Shown here: one piece after another, positions 29,076 through 46,396 of the stretch
Layout: every line of letters begins with the position of its first letter
Numbering within the stretch: the first letter of the stretch is position 1
Source of the DNA: Eledone cirrhosa
Taxonomy: Eukaryota
Length of the DNA: 64,000 nucleotides
Assembly (NCBI GenBank): GCA_964016885.1
Contig: OZ024751.1
Span: forward strand, 7,564,001-7,628,000
Direction: 5' to 3'
Translations under genes and position numbers: made by a program
Notes under the pieces: model-generated
Databases searched by the model: none
What the model saw: only the letters and a program-made list of their open reading frames with translations
What the model was told of the DNA's origin: nothing

Positions 29076-32000
29076 TATGTTTGTTGTTGGATTGATAGAT
29101 AGGTTTATAGATAGATAGGGAGATGGATAAGTAGGTAGGTAGATAGACATATATATATAGAGAGATAGATATAAGTTATTGTGTATACGGACACTATTCT
29201 ATGTATAGGAGTCTCTGAACTACAATCCAATTTCTAAAGAAATATTTTCAATAAATTTGTCAATCTGCCAAAGGAAAAGTCGTATATGTTGATAGGGGAA
29301 GATTCTGATATGTACCAATATATACACATCAACAAGAACACCAGCATTGATTTTACTGGATTGCCATGTTTAGTAGACTTAGTCAATATATACAATAACA
29401 AGCGTTACGTATCTTATATGATATATTTATTACAAAGATAAAAATCCATTTTATTACTTCAGATATATTAACTACCAGTTATTAAAATATAGGCTTTGTC
29501 TCCGCTCTAGAGCAACAATGCTCAACTTAAAATAAATTCTGCAACATTTCTTCATGACCTACACTCAGAACTATGTCCTCTCTCACATCATCCAATTTCT
29601 TCAACATATAAAGTTGAATAACTACTTAAAAAGATCAAATAATTCACCATAATTTAATCCATTCAAATACTCAGAGGTTTCAACACATTTGATCATAATT
29701 TTCTTCTATTTGGTATTTCAAGATCACAGCCATCACAATCGCAATTAACTTGAATTTGTTTAATGAACTCCGTAAAATCCATTCGTATATTTCGAATAAT
29801 TATCATGGTACCTAGACAATAGAACACAAATCAAACATTTAATTTATTTTATCCATGGTATTTTTAATCCACAAGTTCAATTGTTAAAGTGTTACGTTTT
29901 ATTGTAGGCTGAAAATCGCTGTAGATGCACAATAATTCGTCCGTTATAAAGGGAACTGCCATTTTGATTTCAGGAATTTATTGCAATGTTTTAACCGAAA
30001 TATATTTTGGAAGATATTAAAGTGCATAAAATTATCTGAGCAACATCATTACGATATTGAACAACATCATCATGTATTGGGTTCAAATTACACGGAGGCT
30101 TATGTCATATATAATTTGCTCCCGAGTAATATAATATATAACAAAATGTACTAGATTTAATATTTTTCTTTTTTAATAGATTCTAAAGAACTGTCTTTAT
30201 TTGAAAATGCATGAAATGGGATTATTCAATTCTGGACAAATATTTTTTTTTATGCTAAATTTTAAACTCAAAAACAATTTAATCCTTATGAGAATTGTTA
30301 TTTTGACTTCCTCTCATATATCGTTTCATTTCATATAATTAATCGAATTCTGTCATTTTTAGGTTAGTAACAATTTTCTAAAGAGGGACATAATTCGAAC
30401 ATTCAGTCTTAGAAAAATAGATTTACAAATTTCACGTTTTAAATTTATAGAAGCAATTAGAGCAGGGATGTTGATTGTTACTAGATGAAATATTATTAGG
30501 ATTGTTATTGCATCAAACAATAGAAATGATCCTCCCAATTACTACTTTAAATGAAATACCAATATCGCTTATTTTATTATCATATCTATAGTGATGTGAT
30601 TTATGTTGTTCATGACATCATTCAGACTCATTGCGAAAAAGTAAAGATTTGCATATGCGTAAGAATAATTATTTATAGAACGAATATACATATAATATAA
30701 AATTATTGGCATTAAAGTTATACTTTATTCAAAATATAACATATATAATAAATATACGGTAATGAATTGCTCTCTAAAATAACATAATGGGGAATATTTA
30801 TTACAGAAATAACAGCTTTTAGTCCATGGTTATTTTTAATCCACAAGTTCAATTGTTAAAGTGATTAATTTTGTTCTTCATTTATACTCCTTGTCCATGC
30901 GTTAATTATCAATATTATTTTCATATTTAGGTATATGCATATATATCACCTATATGCATATTCCCAACGAGGAATATGCATATATATATATCATTATTAG
31001 GTTAACTATACATTTGTTGCTCACATTTTGAGTGCATTTGGTATAGCTGAGGTAAAGAGATACGAGCAAAGGTGTTATTCGAATTAAAGACGACATGCAG
31101 GAATGTCTGTTGAAGAGTACTCTCACTTATAAATTAGGGAACCAACATAATGTTTCCTCAATATATATTTTATTTCTATGTGTCCCATGTAAACGATACG
31201 TGGTTAGGATTATTCTATCTTCCTGAAGTACAAAACACTCCCAGAAAAAGGGACAAATGCATGATGTAAATGGAGAAGAAACTAAACCTAATATTTTAGG
31301 TTGCTGAATAAGGTGCGATAAAATTGTCCGTGGTAAAATTATGGAATATGTTGAGTTTTTGATATAATTATTGTCTACTAAAATAGGCGATGTACGCTGG
31401 CTACTATATGCAACACAATTATATTTACATTCACACATAAGCACGCTTATTTACGCATGTAACCTGGTGGATGTATCTGTGTGCATGTAAAGTGCAAAAT
31501 TCATGACAAATGTAACTAGGTGAGTAATTACTGACATTAAGCCCAAATAGTAGAAACTTACGATGTTAATACTGATTTAGTCCAAGGAAATATAAATATG
31601 GTATTTATTTAAAGCGAGGAAATTGGAGTCATTGAAAATATAATTATTAAAGATTGCCTAAAGCATATATGTATGAAACAAAATGGTTAGAAATTAATGT
31701 TCGATACCAGTATAAATGAGCAAGATATTGTGTTGCTCGTACATAATCACATCAGTGATTTAAAAAAAAATATAGATCATGATTTATGCAACTGAGGTAT
31801 AAACAACTTCACAGAAAATACAGTTAAATAAAAGCAGAAATAGAACAAAGTATAAAGTATATTATATTACGAAGTATAAAGTCTCATAGCTGCAGAGAAG
31901 AAAAAAAAAAGAAGATAATTCTATAACATTTTCGTTCGTAATTTTATCATATGAAAGGAATTGCATTTTGAAATTATGATGTACACGTATTTTGGTGACA

Positions 32001-32135
32001 TATAGCCACATTCAGAAAAAAAATGCAAAATTGCTATAAGATACTACCCCCCCCCCCCTCTCTCTCTCTCACACACACACACAAACACACACACGCATGC
32101 CCGCTGAAACAGACACATACAGATACGAAGACACT

Positions 32136-32218
<83 letters not shown>

Positions 32219-32532
32219 ATATATAAATATATACATATATATATATATATTTATATAAATATATATATAATTGATTGGTGTAGTACAGATTTCATTTTCA
32301 TGTATCTGTTGTAAAAATATTTTTTCTCATGTATCTATTAAACATATCGACGAAGCACATCAATGGATATTTTTTACTCTACTGGAAAATCAATATAGAT
32401 ATTTCTTAGCTTCCTTCTATGTCCCATGTGTTTTCTATTTGTATTTACCACTACGTACTATCAATCATTCGCAACCAGAGATAAAGACATTTACAAGTAA
32501 ATAGATAAATGAATATGCATGTATATATATAT

Positions 32533-32582
<50 letters not shown>

Positions 32583-32637
32583 CAACATGCCTTAAATTTA
32601 CGTCATGGCTACGTTTGCTTTTCACACACACAGAACA

Positions 32638-32749
<112 letters not shown>

Positions 32750-33057
32750 GTGTCGTTCTGTGTGTGTGTTAAAAGCAAACGTAGCAATGACGTAAATTAA
32801 GGCAGTTCATTTATCTGACACAGCTTTCTACAAAAGCAAACAACTAAACAATAAAGAATATAGGTAAACTCATTGCTTAAACTCCATTGTTTATAGATAA
32901 CATACGTGTGTTTATATAGCAATGTGTATGTGGACCCAAGGAGGTAATTAATAAGTGTGTCCCAGCTTGTCTCTTGAGAGAAGATAGAAATATTTAAGAA
33001 AGCAACGTCCTCAACAGGAAATCAATCTGAACACAAACATGCATTATATGTGACGAA

Positions 33058-33140
33058 CAACTTTGCCTTTCGTCCTTAAAATAATTACCTGTAATTCACT
33101 GGGTTATTGCTGTCCTTGTGCCAAAAGTAGAAACAATTAT
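33058..33140 (+). mobile_element. MetaSINE-type SINE 3' fragment
   Basis: aactttgcctttcgtcctt...ccttgtgccaaaagtagaaacaattat. Confidence 0.7.
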
Positions 33141-33426
33141 ATATGGCGAACAACACTATTCTTTTGAAATGATTGATTTCAACATTATATCTGACTTCGA
33201 AAATGAGAAAATGAGCAGGAAATGGAATAACGATAAAAAGAAAGGGGAATATTAGAGGCTACGTGAAGCTACAAGTCTCCAAAATGACATATATTTAAAA
33301 ATATATTGAAATGTAATTCTAAGTAATAAAAGATAGATTTTTAAAAATCTTTCAAAATTGTCTCAGGATTTTGGCATCGGAACGCCTTCTCCAATATTAC
33401 ATTTCATGTTTTACGAATCTGATGTT

Positions 33427-33512
<86 letters not shown>

Positions 33513-34224
33513 TCAGAGATCATTCGGGAAACATAGTATTTTGTACATGTATATAAAGGATAACATATTTAGAAAACGTACATACTTTAAGCTGGAAACG
33601 TCCTTATTTTCCTTAGTGTACCGTTTCATATGCCTAAATGGAAGCAAAAATAAATTTAAGTAATCGATTATCGGTTACAACCTATCGATTTTGTTAAACT
33701 AATCATCAGAGGAATCAGCTTTGGTTGAATGGTAATAAATTACAAAGTACCTTTATATCTGTCAGAATCCGAGAGTTTGCAAAAGCTATAGACTGCATTG
33801 TGTGCGGAACGACTTAACTCTGCTGGCACATACAAATAGAACTACACGCTGTATTTGCTACAATGTGGTGCGAGTACAATTCACAATATAAGCAACTCAA
33901 CTTATTATGACCTTGGATCAGTTATAAACTAGGTTGAAATATCATAACATATATTATATGTCGGATGATTATGTTTATTTCAGGAGAAAATCCAATGAAC
34001 TTTTGTCAGAGCATCAATTATTCAAATCAAAAGATATATGTTTATATATATTGGAAGAAAAACAATATATGGTTAGAGAAATATATAGTATTGTGCACAT
34101 ATATATAAAACATATTTATTTAGGATAAAGTACATACTTTAATGTGGAAACGTTCTTATTTTATTAAAGTAGCGTTTATTACGATCTCTCTTCTCTCGCT
34201 CTCTCTCTTCCTATATATATATAT

Positions 34225-34530
34225 AGAAACGGCTTCTACAGGACTAGAACTGTTTCATTCGGGAGAAATCCTCAGGAAAGCCGACTGTCAATGTAATATG
34301 GTGGTATTTAGGTGTGCCTCTCACTGCGTTTGTGTTTGTCTATAGCGTGAATTTACTTCTGCCTTTGTATCACTGTGTTTTTCTCTAAATATAGTATTTT
34401 CAAAGTTTCCTCTATCTATAAATCCCTTAACCCATGACCTCCACCCATCCCAATCACCACCCTCCCCTACCACCAGAAAATGTATAAATACCACCATATT
34501 ACATTGACAGTCGGATTTCCTGATGATTTA
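34225..34530. mobile_element. Family A-related fold-back with a hammerhead at 34230-34283 (minus)
   Basis: Reverse complement reads CGGCtTTC-CTGAGGA-t ttc tccc gaa t-GAAA-CAG ttctagtc CTG-TA^GAAGCCG. 34268-34308 is inverted at 34485-34528. Confidence 0.78.
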
Positions 34531-34635
34531 TATATATATATATATAGGAAAAATAATGACCCCGACGGAAGAGCTCAACCGTTTCGACGGCTATTTCTGG
34601 ACTCATATATATATATATATATAGGAACAAGTAAG

Positions 34636-34730
34636 ACCCCGACGGCTGAGATCAAGCCGTTTCGACGGCTAATTCTGTACTGAATGAAAAATTAATTCTG
34701 GTATTTAAATAGCCGAACTTATCAAGGGGT
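34636..34730 (-). ncRNA. Hammerhead with U3-A8 core (sense copy)
   Basis: Reverse-complement copy of 38453-38547. Confidence 0.72.
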
Positions 34731-35130
34731 AATTCCATATATGGTCAAAGAGATAATCACCAGGATTGGTCACATCACAAGTTAGTAGTAAATCTGTGAT
34801 GGCAAGTTGGTGGGGGAAGGGGTAGCTAAACCTGCCAGTAGGAGAAACAGGGGAGAGGGGTGGAGTAGACCCATTCATGCGTTGGTAGTGCCAGCTACAG
34901 CTGGGTGTGAGGTCAAAGAGGATACTGGGGAGGGGGAGGGGGAGGTGGTCGAAACGGTAAGTAGAACAATGAAAGGTAAAACTGTAAAAGGTACTGAGAG
35001 AGGAAAAAAAATATAAGCAAAATCTGGTTACTAAGACTTAAGTCTCTCGCTATTGCTAGGCTGAAGAAATACATAAATAAATAAATAAACAAATAAGTGA
35101 ATAAAAGAATAGATAAATAAATAAAAAAAT

Positions 35131-35169
<39 letters not shown>

Positions 35170-35938
35170 GTAGAATAAAAAAATAAATGATAATAATAGA
35201 AATAAACTAGGTGGGCGGAAATAAAGGGACCCTTATACGAGGTATAAGTGCGTGTATCGTACGGTGACGGGTCAACAAAAGGGGGGCCAGAATACTAAAG
35301 AGACTACCACGAAAATAATAAAGGTTTCTACCCCAAACACAGGGCCAGCAACCACCCAGTGCAAGAAAGTAAACTAGTACGAGAATATAATTCAGGGTCT
35401 CGCAAAAAAATACTAGTGCTAACTCTAAGGGAACGCCACGAAACAAAAAGTCTTATACAAGCTACATGAAAGATCGTACGAAGTAAAAGTAAAGAACGGA
35501 AAATGAATACAGGAACACCCCCCCCCCCCCACACCAAATAAAAGGGGAAAGGGAAAAAGAGATACTGGATAAACGAGATATTAAAGCAAAGATGCCACTA
35601 AGAAATATAGAAGGCACGGAAAAAGGGGACAGCGGTCGGAGAAGGGAGAGAGTATCCGAAGTCTAACACCTCTGCTATAAAAAGCGGAGTCAGCCACATC
35701 TATCATAGAAAAGGGGAGGGGGTGGGGGTGCTGAAGCTACAAGGGACCGATGGGCTACCTCGGGTGGGCGAGAAAAAGACGATGACAAAGAAAGGGAACT
35801 GGGGTAGAAGGACTAGGGAGGGATGGGGGAAGGAGGAAATATAGAGGAAGCGATAAAAGAATGTAAAGGAAGATCTTACGTCTCCATAGGCAAGCAGGGG
35901 TTACCCATTACAAAATAGGCAAGTGGGGTGTTATAGCC

Positions 35939-38030
35939 CTAGTCTACCCCCCGGGTCATTATGGGGTTGAGGGCGAGGTAAGTCCTACGTAATCGGTGTT
36001 TACATGCAGTAACCAGTTCATCTTTCTTGTTTAGGAGTTGTTCCGTCGAAAACAGCATTTGTAATGTTTCCTCCGAGCATAAATTGCACGGACGGCGTCC
36101 TCCCGTGTAAGAGTTGGCTCTGGACAGTAATTTCCAAGTGAGATCATAGTTGATGTTGTTGTCCTTGAAGTCCCATATGTGGCCCGAAAGTGTAGTGGCG
36201 TGACGCCGGGCCGGGTTTCGGAAGGTATGTCTGTGTTGGTATAGCCGGGTCTTGAAGTCGCATGCGGTTAATCCTATATAAGCTTTGTTGGAGGTGTCCG
36301 TGCTCACATTGCACTGGTAGATCACATTACGGTCTCTGCATCTGTTGTCGAGGGGGAAACTGGATCTATCAGGACAGTTGCACCTCCTGGTCGGCTCTCC
36401 ACTGCTATTTAGGTTGTTTCTTCCATCGGGGTTGAGTTTTTTGTTGTTGGAGGAGACGATGTTTTGTGCGAAGTTGGGTGTAGTGCTGTAAGAGAGTTTG
36501 ATGGTATTTTTGTTAATTATGTTGTGGTAGCGGTGTTGTGATGGGAAGTGTTTTTCAATGAGCCTAAAGAAAATTTTCCCGATGGGAGTTGTCACCTCAG
36601 CGTTGTGGGGAGGATTGAACCATGTTACATTGCGTGAGCAGCGGTGTCGCCTGCTGGTTCCGCTAATGGGAGCTGGACAGTAGGATATTTCCTCCCGGAA
36701 ACCACTCCGCTTGGGGGCCTGGTTGTAGTAAGGCGCATGTTCATCGAACATCTTCTCATTAGCTGACAAACGGGATATACGGAGTGAGATGTTTTTGAGC
36801 AGGTTGTTGATGATGTTCCTGGGATGGTTAGATCGGCGGTGGATGTAGTGCAGGTTGTCATTGGGTTTCCTGTATGGGTAGCACAGGTCATTATTGAGAT
36901 CGAGGGTAACGTCCAGGAAATTAACTCGGGCCAGGGACGTGTGTAGGGTTATTTTAAATCCCCAGTCGCGGAAGAAGCTGATTAATTGTTTACGGACCCG
37001 ATCTGTACTACTGGGGTTGTACCCTTTAAGGGTAAGGAGCCCATCATCACGGTACAATCCACCACCGAAAGCAGGAAACATATCGGTGAGTTTGGCTATA
37101 AGGAATAATCCTATAAGATCTGTGACCTCCGCGGAATCCGTAGCGCCCATGCTGACGTCGAAGGGTGAGTCAGGAGCTCTTTTTATCCATTTGGATTTGT
37201 CAAAGAGTAAGACTGTCTTCCTGGCGTGGAGGATGATTTTTCTTTCCTGGTCGGTGATGGGCACAAGTGCTTCGGCGAAGTCCAAGGCGGCAGTAAGTAG
37301 CGGTAAGGTGATTGAAGCATAGTAGCTCTCTATGTCGAACTGGATAGATTTAGTGTCTCGTTTATCCTCCAAATTACTGAACCATGAGATAACTTCCTGG
37401 GTGTTGATCCATAGGCTTAGTCGGGCGTGTTGCTTGACTTTAGGTATCACGTGGTCTAGGATTTTTTTGCTGATTCTCCCTATGTCGGACTTCGTTGGGT
37501 TTATAAGCCTGATAGATGGTTTACGGTCGAAATCGGATTTGTGGTCCTTCAGTGTGAAGTAGGGTGTCCGTGGTCTAGGGGTTCGGTGCGGTCGGCGACC
37601 CCGAGGCTGGAGGTAATTTGTTGTCCATCTCGATTAATGTCCTCGATGCATGAGTGGTTGGCCTTTTTATAGGTGGAGTTTAGGCTGCTCCTGATCAGTG
37701 TGTTGTATCTGTCGGGGTTGACAAAGTATAGGTTCCCAGTTTTATCCGAATGCACCATGATGTCATTGGTGTTATCATACTCTGTTAAGTTGCTACGGAG
37801 TTTTTGTAGGAATCGGTTGTGTCTGGGTTTGAATTTAAGGTTCTTGACCAGTTGGAAGAGGTCATTCTCGAAGGGTGAGAGCGAAGGGTTCGGGGGGGGG
37901 GAGATTTGTAGGTAATAAATCCGAATCTCTCCTTGGTACCGAAGTCCTGATTGTCGCAGAATCTGTCGTAGAAAAAAAGTTCTCCATCTAAGTCTTTTCG
38001 CAAATAGGTCGATTTTTTTGCGTGAGCATC
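35939..38030 (-). pseudogene. PLE RT-GIY-YIG ORF, frameshifted in the N-terminal third (503-aa uninterrupted C-terminal part)
   Basis: Motifs HSDKTGNLY, QFDIESYY, MGATDSAEVTDLIGL, GLYRDDGL, CNCPD..C..NVIYQC..AYIGLT..FKTRLYQH, CNLCSEE. Confidence 0.92.
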
Positions 38031-38452
38031 CGAAGGTAAAGTTATTTCGGTGGGATTGGGATGTTCTTGGTAGAGAAGTTGATATTGTGTTTTCTTTTAT
38101 TCACTTATTTGTTTATTTATTTATTTATGTATTTCTTCAGCCTTGCAAGAGCGAGAGACTTAAGTCTTAGTAACCAGATTTTGCTTATATTTTTTTTCTC
38201 TCTCAGTACCTTTTACAGTTTTACCTTTCATTGTTCTACTTACCGTTTCGACACCCTCCCCCTCCCCCTCCCCAGCATCCTCTTTGACCTCACACCCAGC
38301 TGTAGCTGGCACTACCAACGCATGAATGGGTCTACTCCACCCCTTCTCCCCTTTTTCTCCTACTGGCAGGTTTAGTTACCCCTTCCCCCACCAACTTGCC
38401 ATCACAGATGTGACCAATCCTGGTGATTATCTCTTTGACCATATATGGAATT

Positions 38453-38547
38453 ACCCCTTGATAAGTTCGGCTATTTAAATACCAGAATTAATTTTTCATT
38501 CAGTACAGAATTAGCCGTCGAAACGGCTTGAGCTCAGCCGTCGGGGT
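38453..38547 (+). ncRNA. Hammerhead with U3-A8 core (inverted pLTR copy)
   Basis: ACCCC-TTGATAA-G ttcggcta...tagccg t C-GAAA-CGGCT tgagctc AGCCG-TC^GGGGT. Confidence 0.75.
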
Positions 38548-38638
38548 CTTACTTGTTCCTATTACCCACTCTACTACCCTAAGTATTGAGTACTTTGGTG
38601 CGTTATGGTCCACCTGGTTCCTTACCCCATTTCCTTCG

Positions 38639-38706
<68 letters not shown>

Positions 38707-38922
38707 GCTGGACGCTGGAAGGTAATATCCATAGTGGTAGAGTACTCGGACCAAGAGGCGAGTTTGGTAGAAGTAGTAACACAACAGTTAGTTCACCATA
38801 CCGAGAACAATTGTTTCACTTTATGCGGATCTTCAGCTCGGACAGCAGTCCAATCTGGAGATCCGCACAAGGATAAACACTTGTTCTCGGTATGGTGAAC
38901 TAACTGTTGTGTTACTTCTTCT
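38707..38922 (-). mobile_element. Family E fold-back pLTR unit with a hammerhead at 38801-38841 (minus)
   Basis: Reverse complement reads CCGAG-CTGAAGA-tccgcataaagt-GAAA-C aatt G-TT^CTCGG. 38771-38812 is inverted at 38879-38920. Confidence 0.72.
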
Positions 38923-39554
38923 TTATATATATATATATATTACATTCAATGTTATAGATGTCATATTTGAGTTAATCGTCAACATGTGTATTGTCTCCCA
39001 AAATAAGCTCACAGAAAAAATACAAAGAATAAATGCGAGCATTTAATCATTACATAATAGTGAATGACATATATACATACATAAATATCTAATGATATGA
39101 ATGGGACTGTTCAAGATTTAGTAAGAGACAATATGTATAGAATGTAAGAATAGATAGTCCGTTACATAATCATATTAAAATGTTTACTACTATTTAAAAC
39201 ATAGATACCTGATAAAAATCATATATATTACCCTAATACGTATTCTTCACAAATCATGAATACATTTCACCAAATTTTGGTGCAGTTAGATATTCGATCT
39301 GAATCGATCTTCCAACCGTTAACATTTAGAACTGAAGACGATGAGAGAAGCACATATTATTAAATAAAACAACACACGTGGTCAACGCCTACAATGATTT
39401 GAAATGGCTCAGGCTAGCCAGATTTAGTAGTATAAACTCTCAACATGTTAAACAGCTCAACCAAGTAGGAGCATAAATATATCAGTATAAATCCGAGAAT
39501 TTGATCATTACAAAATGACATATATATACACACATATATATCCAATGATTTAAA

Positions 39555-39655
<101 letters not shown>

Positions 39656-40264
39656 TACATTTGTAGGGCTGGGAGAGAAGTACATTCTCCCAGCTCTACA
39701 AATGTAGTATACGATACGGACTAAATAACACCTAGTTATTTTTCATTACAATCCATTACTATAACAGACACTCGATATAAATATATAGTGGCAAATCTAA
39801 TGGATGTGAAACCTGGAACTTTCTTATTCTACACACACACACACACATTTGATCTACACATAAAATATCTCCGCATTGCAACCACCATAATATAATAACA
39901 CACCCGCTTTAAGTGCTTGTATTTTGTATGTAACACCCAGCATTCATATATGTTTGATACTTTTGCTTGTTCAATTGCACGTACTGTCTCTTTAATTTTA
40001 TTTATTTATTAGACGCTCTTGTATTATCTGTCACATGTGCTCCAACAAAAGCTTTTAATTTTAATTTTGAATCTTATTGTACATAAAGTATAACATAATA
40101 TATGTCGCATCCATCCCACACTGTTGTCCACAATATGTATCTGTATGAATCTTCAGCGGAATAGGAGGCTGATTATATGTACAAACATTATGAATAATTC
40201 TCCGGAGAATTGGAAGAAACAATTGTCAGCAATTATATTTTCTAACATAGCTTTGATTTTGTGT

Positions 40265-42575
<2,311 letters not shown>

Positions 42576-42919
42576 TGTGGGTGTGGGGGGTGTATGTGAG
42601 TGTAATAATGTATATGTGTTTATATATATCAATGTATATTCAACACTATTTATAAATATGCGATCGCGTGTATATGTACATTCTGCTATAGGCTATACAA
42701 CTAGTTCAATGTCAATTAAGATGAATGATAAAATAATAAGATATTTCATATCCTCGTTTCCTGTATACTATATACATGATTATACGTTACATACAATTGC
42801 AGATTCCTGACTATTTTACTATACGACTTCATCATAAATGGTGACGTAAGTGATATATATATAAGTATGCGTCTGTGTATATCTTTCTCTCTCTGATATA
42901 TATATATATATATATATAC

Positions 42920-43870
42920 ACTCTCTGGCAGGCGGACCCGGCTGTCAGTGGAGAAACCACCTCGTCATTCTATAGAGGGCTGGTGGTTAGCAGGTGCGAC
43001 AACGCCCTCGGAGAAGCCCTAGGCATGGAGAAAGACGAACTGGCCAACCTGTTCGGTAGGACATTCAGCCCGGGACCCATGGATAACTTCCAGAGGTCCC
43101 TGGCCTGGCATTGCTACTGAGGGGCTCTGCCTGTTCGCGAGAGGCTCTACAGACACGGGAGCCCGGGTAGGGACCCCTCGAAAAAGATCTTTCCCAGATG
43201 CGTGTGCAACGAGGAAACCGTTGCACACGCATTGGTACACTGCTCGGGCATTGCCGATCTGTGGGGCTATGTCGAACAACTGCTGTCAAGGGTGGGACCG
43301 ATCCGGTTGACCACCGAGTCTATTGTAACGATCCAGCCGCTTCCCCTCTTTAAAAACGAAGGAGAGGCGGTGTTTCTGTGCGTAATAGCCATGGCGAAAG
43401 ATGTTGTATGGTGGTCGCGTCTGAAAGGACTGAGGTCATACACCTTTCTCTCTGGCCAACAACTGGTCCGTTTCTTCCGATATCATTTCGGAAGAAGGAT
43501 CAGGATGGAGAGAGAGGTGCTGCACCCCAGCCGTTTTTATGAAAGATGGGTGAAAGTGGCGAGAATGGCCCGTGTGAATGGGCCTTCACTCTACACAAAA
43601 CTATAGCTGAGGAAGATGAAAGATCAAGGGAGCACCCCCTCTCTGTGCTCCTGAGGAGAAGGGTTGCACACTTTTTTTCGGGGTGTGTGCGGCCCCCCAA
43701 GGCGCCTCCTCCCTATTGAAGATTTTGTTATAAAATTTATTTTGTTATATTTTATTTTATTTTTATATTTTGTTATTGCCTCCTCCTTATTGAGGACGCC
43801 TTGTTATGTAAACTCCCCCCATTGTACTTGTCCCACATTTTGATGCCCTGGTAGCAAATAAAAAGAAAAT
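42920..43870 (+). mobile_element. Tx1/L1-clade LINE 3' fragment (zf-RVT region plus 3' UTR and A-rich end) in (TA)n
   Basis: FQRSLAW..ALPVRERL..RC.CNEETVAHALVHC..LWGYV; the GC-rich island ends in aaataaaaagaaaa. Confidence 0.8.
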
Positions 43871-43886
43871 TATATATATATATATA

Positions 43887-45488
43887 CAGTGCCCCGCTAA
43901 AGTTTACAACACATTAGGAAAAATGCGGTTTTAGGTATTTTTAATAAAGTTAGGGTAATGAAAATTTAACTACTGATAGAACATATAATGAGGCATTTAA
44001 TGATACAATTATATTTTTAAAAAAATAACAAGGAAATAACTCATGAAGAAAAAACAATATTTTTATAACGGAAAAGTTTACAACACATTTATTTAATCAT
44101 CTCTTAATATTTTGTAGCGTAACCTTTGTTGCTAATTACAGCCTGTAGGCGTTTGGAGTAGCCTCCCACAAACTTCTTGGCTAATATTTTTCCATTCTTC
44201 ACAACAAATTTTCTTTAGTTCAGGGATATTTTGGGATTTCCTTTTTTGAATTCTGAGTTTCAGTTCTCTCCACACATTTTTGATCGGGTTAAGATCTGGA
44301 GACTGACATGGCCATTTTAGAACATTTGTTCCATTCGTACTTAACCAAGATTGTGTAGCTTTGCAGTATGCTTTGGATCGTTGTCTTGTTTAAAAAACCA
44401 AACTGGCTTTACGCTGAGAGAATGTGCACTTTGATGTAAATTCCTATGCAAAATACCTCTGTAATAAGCGCCATCCATTCTTCCTTCTATTATTTCAATA
44501 TTTCCTACACCTGTGGCACTAAAGCAAGCCCAGACCATGACTGATCCACCTCCAAATTTTACAGTTGGAATAGTATTCTGCAGCGATTATTCAGTACCTT
44601 TCTTTCTCCAGACTTTTGCCACAGCATTTCGACCAAAAAGTTCAATTTTTTGTTTCGTCCGACCAAAGTACATCTTCCCAAAATGACGCAGGTTTGATGT
44701 GATGCTCATTTGCAAAGTTTAATCGACGAAGAACGTGTTTCCTTGTAAGAAGTGGTGTTTTCCTTGGAGACCTCGAGAAGATATCATATCGATGGAGTGA
44801 ACGACTAATTGTATATGTGCTCACTTTTACTCCACTTCCTTCTAGGTCATCCTAAAGATTTTAATGAGTACACCGGGGTTCGTTGCCAACCTTTCTCGTC
44901 AATAACCGAGCTGCACGATCCGTTATCTTTCTAGGACGACCATAACTAATTAGAGGACAGATGGAATGATGAGATTTCCAGTGACGAATTATAGTACCAA
45001 CTGAACTCAATGGCACATTTAACTGACAAGATATCTTTCTATAACCAACACTATTTGTATGAAGGTCTACAATGCGTCTACGGAGGTCTTGATCAATCAG
45101 TTTATTTTTCCCCATATTGTCAATGTTTACAGGACGGTTGTCAATGTTTATAGGATGGTTGTCAGACAAATAATGACGTAATGTTTTTAATTGTCCTTAG
45201 AAGTTACCTTAAACCTGCTCTAGAACATTCTACTGAATTTTAAATCTGAAAATTTAAGAATTTTCTTGAAAAAAAGCGATAAATATAATATGTGTTGTAA
45301 ACTTTTGCGTTATAAAAATATTGATTTTTCTCCATGAGTTATTTCATTGTTATTTTTTTTAAAATATGATTGTATCATTAAATGCCTCACTATATGTTCT
45401 ATCAGTAGTTACATTTTCATTACCCTAACTTTATTAAAAATACCTAAAACCGCATTTTTCCTAATGTGTTGTAAACTTTTGCGGGGCA

Positions 45489-45491
<3 letters not shown>
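43887..45491 (-). mobile_element. Tc1-like DNA transposon with about 205-bp TIRs of IR/DR type, TA target
   Basis: Ends are TA|CAGTGCCCCGC...GCGGGGCACTG|TA. The motif aaagtttacaacacatt is repeated at both ends of each TIR. Confidence 0.93.
44104..45115 (-). pseudogene. Tc1 (DD34E-type) transposase pseudogene
   Basis: MGKNKLIDQDLRRRIVDLH..GRPRK, WSDETK, FKQDNDPKHTA, WPCQSPDLNPIKNVW (catalytic E changed to K); frameshifts. Confidence 0.92.
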
Positions 45492-45528
<37 letters not shown>

Positions 45529-45615
45529 CAGAAGATCCTGTTAAGGGTGAAAGCACCGATTTTTTGCTTAAACTTTAATCTGTTATTTTAATAAATATAT
45601 ATATATATATATATG

Positions 45616-45709
<94 letters not shown>

Positions 45710-45723
45710 TATTATATATATAT

Positions 45724-45864
<141 letters not shown>

Positions 45865-45875
45865 ATATATATAAG

Positions 45876-46070
45876 CAGAGGGATATTCAATGTGTAGGTA
45901 ATTCAACAAATATAAATGTTTATAACTGATTAAGACTCCAAGGATAACTTGAACCGTTAAGGTATATTCTCCTTGGTTACGTCAATATTTATAGAACACA
46001 TTTCGTATTTTATCTGATGATAATGTACCAAAATGTTGGTACCCTTGAAATATATATAATAGAATATACA
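45876..46070 (+). mobile_element. Solo pLTR unit (family F, as in 40340-42458) with a hammerhead at 46006-46066
   Basis: TATTTTAT-CTGATGA-taat GTACCAA aatg TTGGTAC cctt-GAAA-tatataTA^ATAGAATA. Confidence 0.78.
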
Positions 46071-46076
46071 TACGTG

Positions 46077-46143
<67 letters not shown>

Positions 46144-46198
46144 ATGGGTATATATGAATATACATACGTGTATATATGTATATATACATATATGTATA

Positions 46199-46396
<198 letters not shown>

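Larger units (their letters stand above)
34621..38640 (-). mobile_element. Penelope-like element (probably Hydra clade) with sense 3' pLTR and inverted 5' pLTR (family B)
   Basis: 34621-35109 is the reverse complement of 38092-38562 apart from one short indel. The element is flanked by (TA)n. Confidence 0.9.
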
